Positions 11,714 through 22,280 of a DNA stretch of 64,000 bases are shown here, piece by piece. The DNA lies in NCBI GenBank assembly GCA_973895155.1, contig OZ316894.1, positions 2,434,457 to 2,498,456 on the forward strand, given 5' to 3'. This DNA is from Marsupella aquatica (taxonomy: Eukaryota; Plantae; Marchantiophyta). The translations under genes were made by a program, and so were the position numbers. The notes beneath the pieces were generated by a model. That model saw nothing but the letters and a program-made list of their open reading frames with translations. It was not told the origin of the DNA and did not search any database. Every line of letters starts with the position of its first letter. Position 1 is the stretch's first letter.

Positions 11714-14700
11714 CCATTTTGCTGAAACAAAGTAGAAAAGAAAAAGCAAAAGAGTACCAGGAGAGGACAAACACTAAACTCAAGCAAAAAAACAAATTTG
11801 CAGTAGACAGAAGAAATCAAAATTTATACTCACACGGCCTGTCTGTTTTATTCTAGCATGTTCGAGTTATTTGCCAAAAAAACGCCAACTGTTAGAAGAC
11901 ACTCAGAGAGCAGCATGCTTTGCTCCCAAGGTTTGGAACCGCCAACAAATAAAGTCCATGATGCTGATACTCCACGTCAAATGATACACTCATCAGATAT
12001 ACGTTTTGCCTTTGTGGGTTTCAAAGTAATTTTCAAAGTTTATTTTTTCTCCAAGGTGACGAAAGATATTTTCTGTGAAAAAGAGGATGTTCCCCATATT
12101 CCTATCCAAATTACCTAGATCACACTTTTGAGTGTTAAACTTTTCTCAATTTAAGGATAAGTGTCCAACTCTGGCCAATGGGGTCGGTGACTAGGTGAGA
12201 AACTGGCGAATGGAAGACAAAACCCAGGAAAATCTTGTCAAACAAGGTGCATCCGCCACGCTTAAGGGCCTTAAAGAATTTATAAATCAGAGAAAACAAA
12301 GTACAAAGCTTGCCAAAAGTGGCTGAGAGGTGGCTGAGACGTTTCTCTGAAGTGGTATTTTTCAAGTGTCCGCCACTAAAAATACTGATGTCATCAGATA
12401 TTTCGCCTTTCTAAGTTCTCGAGTAATTTTAAAGGTTTTTCTTTCTCTCCAAGGTAGCCAATGTGTCAAGGATAAGATGCTCAGCATCTTCCTTATCTAC
12501 TTTTCTGAGATAACTTCCTGACTGTTGGATCTCCCTTGATTAAGCGATAACCATCAGATTCTGGCCAATAGGGGTCTGTGGATACGTGAAAAACCGGCCA
12601 ATGGAAAGCAAAAAGCTTAGCGCAAGTGGCTAGGACTTTTCACCGAGGTGTAATTGTGCGAGTTTATTATTATGTCACCTAAAAAACGCTCATCGTCACA
12701 TAAACAGTGTGCGGCTTTGTTTCTTTGTCGGCCCAATCTCACAGACAAATGAGCACCTCCCTTTCCACATCGAACACAGGCCACCCGTAACTTCAGGACG
12801 TCGCGTTCTTTGGCGCCAGACCGAAAGAAACATGGGGAGGGACCGTCGCCCCCTCGATCCCTGCCCCGGTCGCCCCCACCTAACCACGGTCAGGACGGTA
12901 AAGTACAGTGGTCCCAACCGGTTCCAGAGTTCGACACATCAGTTACAAGTTTTCAGAGTGCCCTGCGGGCTCCACCACTGCCCTGAAACGAATGCCCCCC
13001 GGGGAGCATGGCGTCACTCCACTCGTGCAGTTCTCAGTTAACGGTTTAGGTTCCATGCTCCAATTGACTGGAGCTACACTGGACTGGAGCTACACTTCGT
13101 TTTAGTCATCTCTGGTGCCTGAGTCCCTCATAGCAGACCAGTGTCCTCATAGCACTCCCACTGGTCTGCTATCCTACCTGGCTGGGAGCACTAAGGTGTC
13201 TCAAATATGTGAATTTTGTGAGCTGGACCACACCTGAGACTGTCCCGGGTTGGGCCAACGGGCCTGACTGGTCAGGCACCGAATGTCACGCCCGACCAGT
13301 CAAGCCCGGGATTTAGTGACCGATAGGGAGGGCCGGCAAAAACGTGCAGACTACCTCGCGACTCTGCTTTGTCCCCAAAGGTTGGGGGTCAGGCTTACGA
13401 GTGTTTGATGCAAGCGCCAGGACCCCACTTAATGTTGACTACCCCCGAAAAAAACCCCCCGGGTGTACCCACTTTCGCTGCGCCCAAGTGCTTTGCAGGC
13501 CACCCGTGAGGTCATTTTTGAGACACCCTACTACAGCGGAAACAGCCCATTGGACCCAGTTCTGGAACCTCTACCGTGCCACGGTCACGACACCCAAACT
13601 TCCCGGCCACTTATTTTTCACTGTCGAGGCCAGAATTTGTGCATTCTAGATATAGTGGGACACAGCCCTCCAAGACCAACTGACTGCTGCAATTGGTGGT
13701 GTGCAATCTGGCATCTCTTAAAGCAGTGAGAGTGCAGAGATGCATTTCAGCTTGTATCCTAAAGGAGGTACCAATTGAGTCCAAAGCAGCTAATGGATGG
13801 GAGTGCTCTCATAGATCCAAGTCAAGTTTGGAACCATCCACATAAACTATGCCAGGCTGGACTTTGACATTGATTTAAAAATTAAGAGAAACTTGCTTGA
13901 TGGGCTTCATGAGCGGAAACAGCCCATTGGGCCCAGCTTGGTCAATGCAAACTGTTGCTATACTTTCTGGGTGGATTAGGGTGCCTCAAAGCTGACAATT
14001 TGAAGGACCTTAACTCCCTATTTACTTGTTATGGACTACAAAATTCATAGTCCAAAACTTTTTGCCATAAGGATTGGTTGTATGCCATTACAATTAGCCA
14101 CTGTAGAGGCTAGTGAAAGAAGAAAAACAAAACAAAAGTTTTACACAGCCTTGTGAAAGAGTTTGTTTCTGGCAGAATGCCATTGTCTGTAATTTCAAAA
14201 CTTTGAGACTCCCTATTGTAAGCATTCATGAGGCTGTTCTGAGGCACAGGGTGGACAGCAGCAATCTTTTGTAGCTAAAAAATTTGCAGATCATTGACCA
14301 TAAAAACTAGCTGGCTAGTGATACTGGTGTTTAGTCTTTTCCATTGGCCACCATTGAATCTGACTTTGTGTGGGAGCATTTGCCACAAATTACTCTACAA
14401 TCAGCTGGTCCTCCTGCATAACTACACTAGTTGCCTTTCTATACTACTGAGTTCCTTGCCCTCCTTTTAGTGGTAGTCACCACCACCTTGGAAACTTTCT
14501 AAAAACAAGGGAAAAAATGGCTGGGTGCTGCTTCCTGTGCCTTCCCTACGGAGTTATCAATCATCTGGTCTCTCAAATATAGCCTATCCATGGCCCAATA
14601 AGAACCAGTCTTGCACAGGCTGGTCCTCAATGAGAGTCCAAATCCAAGAATGAAGCATCACAGGAAGAGAAGGCACTTGAGTTTTTGCAATCAGTAGGAA

Positions 14701-15578
14701 CAGGCAGGAGAGATTCAAATCCGACATTCAGTGAGATTACCTGCTCATGATGTATGATATCAATCACGAAGAGCACAAAGTTTCCATGATCCACCAAAAG
14801 GAATAGGCACAATATTTATGGCAAGGCAACTGATAACAGGAGGACAAAGTAACTGAGTGGACCCAGGTTGGAGGGAAACAATTTCAGAGCATCCTCCATT
14901 TGAGAGGAATGGATCATCATTGTTTAGGGTGCTGATCATGAGTGACAAGATAGGACATGAATTGGCGACTTAGAATTATAAGCTATAGTTGTGATGTTTC
15001 ACCCATTACTCCAAAGCCAATGATGACCCATTCTCTGCCCAAAGCAGTTACCTTTCGTTAACTACCTTACCCCCCCAATTTTTTTTTTTTAAAAATCTGG
15101 TCAAAATTCTAATCTGCTCTCAAACCAATCTTTGGTCATAGGCCCCCGATGGACCCCCAAGTTTGTCAAATGACTCGGATAGATTTTTGTCACCCAGATG
15201 GACTGCAACAAAACCCTCGTTTTGCTCATCTAGTACAGATTACACAGATGAATCCAAGGTGACAAGAAAACATTACTGTCATCTTTGCAAAATTGCAAAA
15301 TTCTCTCTCAATTCTCAATGAAATATGACCATATTATCGCGTTGGGAAGATTTTTCCAATCGCTTTTCTAACAAACCCAATAAATATAACTCCATTGCAT
15401 ATGAGGGAGGTATTGAATGTCAAAGTTAGCTACTAATAAACTGTCAAAAGCATTAGTGTGAATTTGTTCTTTAAATATTCATAAGTTTCAATTCTTTCTG
15501 AAAACGAGAGATATTTGAATAGTTTGGAATCTCCTTTCCAAGCCTCTTCTACAGAGGCCCAACAAAAGCCAATTCTGC

Positions 15579-15936
15579 GAGGGATATGCTCAATAGACCC
15601 CCTCCAGGAGAAACTTTACTTGATCAGCCCCCTCCAAACTTTTTTGCCCCAATCAGCCCCCTCATTATGGCCCGTACCCTTTTCTCCCGTGTAAGCCAGT
15701 TTCCCCCGTGTAAAGGCCATACTGCACAGTTGGGAGCCATGCCACCACGCAGGGTCGCCTCCCGCAGTCGCCCATGAGACTCCGCTGCAGTAGGGCGCAA
15801 CTACGCGGTTTTGCGTTCTCGCACTATGGTCCCTTATGAGCGTGAATACTTCGTGGTTTATGTCTTCAACAAAATTTCTGTTTAGGGCGCACATTGTCGG
15901 GGCGCACATTGTCGGGGTGGTTTAGGGTCAAGCGCG
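15579..15936 (+). repeat. Left terminal inverted repeat of the MULE
   Basis: Near-identical reverse complement of 27943-28288; contains an extra tandem GGCGCACATTGTCGG copy. Confidence 0.95.
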
Positions 15937-16382
15937 TAGTAATCAGGCAACGGGACCTCGTAATTAGAAGTCAAAATCGGGCATTTGCCCATCCACGCCG
16001 CCACGATCAACATTAGGGTTATGTTACGCGAATGCGAATACATTGACATGATTGTATTCTATTTGTAAACTGATCTCCATAATTTTTTAATATCCTCCCA
16101 TCCCAACTTTTGTCCATGCTCGATAACAAGTACACTCAACTTTCCACGAGGCGCACGGCGCACGGCGCACGCACCTGCCACCATCGATTGCAGAGGAAAA
16201 CAAGGTACTACTGTGCAGATGTTAGAATGTGTAAACTGAAGGCACAAACAATGTCAGGAAACGACGTCAGTTCATGGGCTGTAGAGCCCTTTCGCATGTG
16301 GCTTAGTAAATGTTTTTGAGCTTTACGTTAAATGGACATGACTAACCTCTGCACAGTACTCATATGCACATTGAAGTACAGG

Positions 16383-19300
16383 ATGGCAAATGATGTAAGT
16401 GACATCAATCTTTGGCGTCGAGGGGATGTCTGTGAGGTGGACATTCCCGATTCTGACAGGCAATCACCACAAAGAGCAAGGCGGGGAACAACACGAAGAC
16501 ATCTGAAAAATCTGAAATCAATCCTGGATGGGAAGAGTCCCGAAGAAGGTGAATCTATTGTGCTTCAAGTTAGTATTTGGAGGATTTGTTTGGCTTAAGT
16601 ATGAAGTTGCTCCCGTATGAATCATAAGTTTTGCACTGTTGAAGTGGAGAGCTCCCATAGACGTTCTTCATTATGTATTCTACAATGCTCTTGGCAGTGG
16701 AAGCAGAGGCGGCTCGCATTCATCTGGGCGAGCGTTTTAACAATTTTGATGAATTTGATAGATGTTTGGACTCGTGGGCTGTCATGCATGGCCGAGTAGT
16801 GTATAGACTTAAAACCTCCCCCAATTTTCGAACAAGGGTTTGCCGATTTAGTAAGATTGCTCATCGACATGAAAGGAAGTCAAGTGGTGACATCAGACCT
16901 GGGCCAAACAGTTTTGAATGTAGTGATAGTTCAGAAGATGAAGATTCACTATATATCCATGAATTGGATGATGAACATGAACATGAATTAGATTGGCACT
17001 ATAATAGTCGTTACGGTGAGTATAGTGGGTTCCGTGACAGAGGAATGACATCCGAACCAAGGGGGACACGAAGGACACACAATGCCTATGCAGAACCATT
17101 ATTGACAGCGGAAGAGGTAAAGCTTTTGAAGAGTCCATACCTATATCATTGTGGTTTTTTTGAAGGGTTAGAAATGTAATACTTGTCACTCTGTGTTTTG
17201 ATGCATGGTATGTTTGTGCTGCCATTGCAGATGGAAGATCGTGAGTTTCAAATTGCTATTCAATAGATGGCAGGATCAACAAACCAGTCTGGAGCAATCG
17301 TTCTCACAAATGCTCCACAGGTATACCTAAACCGGAATGTCTTCTTTGCATTTTACCATCAATGTTTTGTATATATACGACGTCATGAGTGTCTTCTATG
17401 TTTCATATAAACATCTCCATTGTGGTGTGTATTTTGTATACAATGACACCACTGTCTTCTGTGTTTCCATATACAATAACATGAATATGTTCTGTGTGGA
17501 TTGCAATAGGAGGTTCGTGCACCCCTTGGACCTCTGGATCCAAACTGTCTCCAGAGGAACACAACGATGGCAAAGAAACCACGCACAGTAGTGCAGCATA
17601 GCAGTGTGTGGCTACCTGGGTCACATGCCCCTGGCACGGTAAAAGTCAGGAAGATATCTACCACAGGAGTATGCGGGGAGTTTTCTAGGTTTAGGCCCCC
17701 GCCAGAGTACGATGAAGATGGTTTTGATTGTTCAGCCTACTGCCCATTCAGGGTCCGATGTCACAGGCAAGCTCACAGCGGGGCTCATATCATTACTGTG
17801 TGTGAGCTGAAACACAATTGTCCAGCATCTAAACACAAGTGGAGGGGCCCAACACAAAAGGCAGTGTGGTTAGGAGACACACTGGCGCCTAGAGTGTGTA
17901 GAAATCTGAAGGTGCCGGTCAAAGAACTACTCTGTGGATTTCAAGGGGATTATAAAAAGAACAGCACTTACCACCAAATGTGGCGAGCAAAAGACTATGT
18001 ACGGGATCTGCACCTTGGTGGGCAGGAAGACACGTTTCAAATGATTCCGGCATTAATTGCCAGGGTGAGAGAGACTGACCCTGGTGCAGTGGCAGTCTGG
18101 TCCCCAATGGAAAACTCCAACGTTTTCTGTCGAGCATTCATTTGCCCATCAGCTACACGAAAAGCATGTACCTACATTCAACCTCTCATCTCTCTTGATG
18201 CATGTCATACAAAGAACAGGAAGTACCCCACTCAACTGTTCTTAGCTACATGTTTGGATGGAAATGGCCAAGGATTGATTCTATGTTACGCAGTAGCTCC
18301 AGTTGAGAACACAGATAATTGGATCTGGTTTCTGGAATTGGTAGATAGATCACTCTACGGCATTGAATTGCCTCACATGCCACTCATATCAGACCGACAG
18401 AAAGGCCTACTTGCCGCTGTGAGTTACGTGTGGCCAGGTAAGATACATGCAGCATGTGCAAACCACCTGAGAGCTAATGTCAAGAACAGGCATGGCAAGG
18501 CAGCAGCAGATATTTTTACAGGATGCATATATGCCAACGATGAAAGACAGTAAGTCCAAAAACCTTCATTGCTTTGATTCTACATACATTTGACTTCTTA
18601 TGTATACACCGCATACTCAATGTTCAATACAATAATTATATTACCTCTCCTCGAATACAGAATGTGAAGTACATATCACTCATGCAAATGTTTTCTCTGT
18701 GTATGACATGATTGTATACATTAACATCAATGTTTTCCCTGTGCACCGGTATCAGATTTGAAGCATGTTTGAAGCGACTGGCAGAGTCCGTCAAGGCATA
18801 TGAGAATGCAAATGTTGTAGACTACATCAGAAGTTTTGATGCAAAACTTTATGCCAGGCATGCCTTTCCACTTCCCCGCATGGCAAAGGTTACAAGCAAC
18901 CCTGCTGAGCAAGCAAATTCAGGCTTACTCCCCTTACGCGAATTTGCTCCTTGCAAGTTGATGGAGCGCATGTGGGTATATGTTCAGCAAAAGTTTAAAG
19001 AAAGGAAAGTAGCTGCGTTGACGAGACAGGAAGTACTCACTATTCCAGCCCTGCTCAGGTACAACAAGAATCTCAAGACGTTTGGTCAATGGCAGGTAAT
19101 CTTCATGCCTGGTCTGTGTATGCATTACTAGCTACGTGTTCTGTATATACTGTAACATCAATGTCTTCTTAATAGCTCGGTGTTGAATTAAAATACACTA
19201 GTATGAATGTATTCTTTATTTGAATAGTTTAGTAATTATATCCAAGTTTTCATATGCTCAGGTGTTTGATGATGGTGCGTCCACAGCCAAGGTTCAAACT

Positions 19301-20272
19301 ACATCCCAAAGTGAGGAGTATCTAGTGTCACTGTCACCAAAGAAATGTTGCACTTGTTGGGAGCTGCAAGAGATGGTGTGGCCATGTGAGCATATAATGG
19401 CTTGGGATGACCAGGAAGGCAGAAATTTTTCTGCTCATTTTCACAAATGTTGGCGGACTGCTTCAATTAGGGCCTTGTATGACAATGTTTTACCTAGCTT
19501 TATTGTATCAAACTTAATGCCAAGTCCAAATTGTGTTGCTCCTGTGGCTGCTGTGAAAAGGGGCAGACATAGAATGGTCCGCATCGAACAGGGTCGTGGA
19601 GGGAGGCATCCACCTAGGGCTCTTGGAGAAGGCGAAGAATCAGTGATTGACTCCCTTGGACAACTGTTCTTGAGATATCCACTAGATGATGATCCAAACA
19701 GGGTGGAACCTTTTTCAACAGCAAACACTATTGCTGGACTTCCAATTGTTCTTGTTCAATCGAGGGCAAAGAAAGCGGGGCCTAACACTGGGAAGTGCAG
19801 GTGCAGTAAGTGTGGGCAGGTTGGACATAACCGAAGATCTTGTGATAAAGTCCATAGTGTGACGCCAACAGATCCAGCAAGAGTAAGGATTCCAACATTA
19901 ACAGTCTTCTTACAAGTATATATCATTACTGTGGGCTTCATGCATGTGTGGTCTCATGCTAGGGACAAATTTTAAAATTGCCTTCATATGCAGGTGGACA
20001 ATGGTGATGCAGTCAATTTGGAGCACCCACCTGTGTCACCCTTTCCTTGGGAAGACCAACTACCGCAGACTGAATATAGTATTGAATCGACCGCACCAAC
20101 AGCAGGCACAGGACCAATCCAGAGCATTGTATCTCAGCCCCTTCTCCAAAATAGTGAACAACAATTGCCACAAGCTTTCATTGATAGGTGCATGGAATTG
20201 GCCAATGAGGCTGCAATAGAGTGTCAGGGATTTGGGTCACAATATCATGTTGATATTACTGAACCTTACTAG
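16383..20272 (+). CDS. mudrA-like: MuDRA-like (MULE) transposase, spliced, about 970-985 aa
   Basis: Predicted GT-AG exons 16383-16548, 16698-17116, (17231 or 17267)-17320, 17510-18549, 18756-19095, 19262-19882, 19994-20272 join in frame. Motifs: MuDR N-terminal GERF...WAV; CPFRV...HNC; DDE residues SLDACH, ISDRQKGL and TSNPAEQ; CANH (CxxH); SWIM finger CTC...PCEH; zinc knuckle CSKCGQVGHNRRSC. The start codon is uncertain. Confidence 0.93.
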
Positions 20273-20781
20273 TTACTTATTTATTGAACTTTGGTTGTGC
20301 ATCAAAACAGACTCTTGTCACTTTTTTCCACCATTATTCTCTGATGAATACAACATATTCATGTTGTCTTTCCGTTTATCTTCCATCCTTGCACTTGAAG
20401 ACAGCGACCATGTTGTCTTCTTAACTTCCTTCATTGTTATTGAAGACATTGACCATAATGTCTTCAAATTTGAATCTACTTCCGCAATGATATTGGCGCG
20501 CGGGACCATTGGTCGACATTGAGTGTTCCATGGAGAATGTGCGCGTTTTGCGAGCGGACTAAAGCGGAGTCTTTGAAGTTGTCCACGTGAGTGACAACAA
20601 AGGGAGGAGGTCTTAGGAGACCAGTGTAGTAGAGGACGGACAGGACAGCACTACAGCGCCAGAGAGAGGGGTCTGAGTAGATTGTGCAGCGCCAGAGAGA
20701 GCGAGAGCGCCAGAGAGAGCAAGAGCACCAGGGACAGGAGAGCGACAACGAGAGCGCCAAGGATAGGATTGCCATTTGGCA

Positions 20782-21513
20782 ATGGCAAAGTTCAACGAAG
20801 GCAGTGTTGGTTTTGTAGTTCAGTTGTTTTGGGCATTGGGGTTCGCCATATGGACCGTATTTGCAGGTTTGAGTGCACTACTCTTCTTCCTCCATCGCAT
20901 GTTGGAACGGATTTTGTGTTTGTCTTCAGTGTGGAATCGAGATAGGCTGCCTCCCCTTGCTCAAAGTACAGCGCCATCAAAATCAGAGGGTCACGATTCC
21001 CCTGTAGTGGCTGTTGTTGGGCCACCAAAACCTGTATTGGCTCGGCGCCAGGGTGCTAATGCAGGTCCATCTTTGTCAGCCTCACAAGCACAATTGGTTG
21101 ACGTTGCGCAAACTCAGCCTGCCACAAGGGTGAAATTACAATCACAGACTTTGTCCTCTCGCTCTAAGTCAATTGCTCTTCCATACAATTGTGATCTAGG
21201 CTCTACCTCAAAGAAGAAATGGTATGCCATTGCTAGGGGGCGCAGTCCTGGAATATATCGTACTTGGGAGGAGGCAGAATGTCAGGTGAGCGGATTCAGT
21301 GGAGCTAGTCACAAGTCTTTTAGGTCCCATTCTGAGGCGGAGGCATGGCTTCAACGACAATTTAGTGCAATGGGTGCACAATGGAGGGCTCCTATCAAAG
21401 CAGATGGTCATAGAGTTAATGTTGAGTTGCTGGGAGTAGATGAGTCTGGGCATGAAGTATTTAGGTGCACCTGTTGTGGGGAAGTATTTTGTAGCAATGA
21501 GCTCTTGACTTAG
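20782..21513 (+). CDS. MULE cargo protein: N-terminal hydrophobic segment, RNase H1 N-terminal hybrid-binding/Caulimovirus viroplasmin (Cauli_VI) domain, C-terminal Cys cluster
   Basis: Open 243-aa ORF from ATG 20782. KKWYAIARGRSPGIYRTWEEAECQVSGFSGASHKSFRSHSEAEAWL (~21214-21352) fits the Cauli_VI/HBD consensus (YAV..G..PGIY.TW.E....V.GF.GA.YKSF.S..EAE.WL). The N-terminal VGFVVQLFWALGFAIWTVFAGLSALLFFL is hydrophobic; the C-terminus has FRCTCCGEVFC. Confidence 0.85.
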   Translation: MAKFNEGSVGFVVQLFWALGFAIWTVFAGLSALLFFLHRMLERILCLSSVWNRDRLPPLAQSTAPSKSEGHDSPVVAVVGPPKPVLARRQGANAGPSLSASQAQLVDVAQTQPATRVKLQSQTLSSRSKSIALPYNCDLGSTSKKKWYAIARGRSPGIYRTWEEAECQVSGFSGASHKSFRSHSEAEAWLQRQFSAMGAQWRAPIKADGHRVNVELLGVDESGHEVFRCTCCGEVFCSNELLT

Positions 21514-21699
21514 TTTACACCACAGTGGTAACAAGTTCAAATAATAGCTCACAGGAAGTAGCAATTGCAATTTTGATTTAGTTGCAGACATTGAAGTCTG
21601 CAACAGCATTGTACTCCAACAATTTAGAGATGTTCTACAAATTTTGAAACTATTTTGCAGTTGTCATGTGGATCTTGTGTGAAACCACTAGTGTTGGCC

Positions 21700-22012
21700 A
21701 TTTACGTACCCCCGCTCAAATTTCTTCTTGAAGCAGAATCGAATATCCTGCCGTTGGAAAAATGGCTAAGTGTGGTGCGAAGACTATATGGACAATGTCT
21801 TCCAAAACTCACAACATCCACCATTTACCCCTGCTCAAATGGCTTCTTCAAGCAAAATATCCTGTCGTTGGAAAAATGGCTAAGTGCACGGTGCGAAGAC
21901 TATATGGACAATGTCTTCCAAAACCCACAACATCCACGGTCATTTACCCCTGCTCAAATGGCTTCTTCAAGCGAAATATCCTGTCGACAATGTGGACAAT
22001 GTCTTCCAAAAC
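21700..22012. repeat. Tandem repeat (~115-bp unit, ~2.5 copies) between the convergent MULE genes
   Basis: CCCTGCTCAAATGGCTTCTTCAAGC...ATATCCTGTCGTTGGAAAAATGGCTAAGTG...GGACAATGTCTTCCAAAAC recurs. Confidence 0.85.
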
Positions 22013-22280
22013 TGAAGGTGCAAACTGAAGGTAGTATCCAGCAGAATGAATAACTTTTATACATCAGAACACAGTGAATGCAACTTGCTTTTTATTCATA
22101 AATGTTTCCAGTACAAGTTGCAAGTTGAGTTGTGACCTTGCAGTGTAGATGTATCACGGGCCTCCTTGCCTTCCAATGAAGCTACATTGTATTTGAAGCT
22201 ACCTCAAGCTACATTGCATCTAAAGACCATTGAAGCTACCACAAAAATGGCTTAGTACCACACGGGAAGGGTGTCCACGC

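Noticed and set aside
15586-15777. Near-identical 63-aa ORFs at 15586-15777 (+) and 28090-28281 (-)
   Set aside because: They are the two MULE TIRs read in opposite directions and show no protein features.
20489-20500. GATATTGGCGCG, resembling a miR171 target site
   Set aside because: Only 12 nt match, corresponding to the miRNA 3' half; the seed-pairing part is absent.
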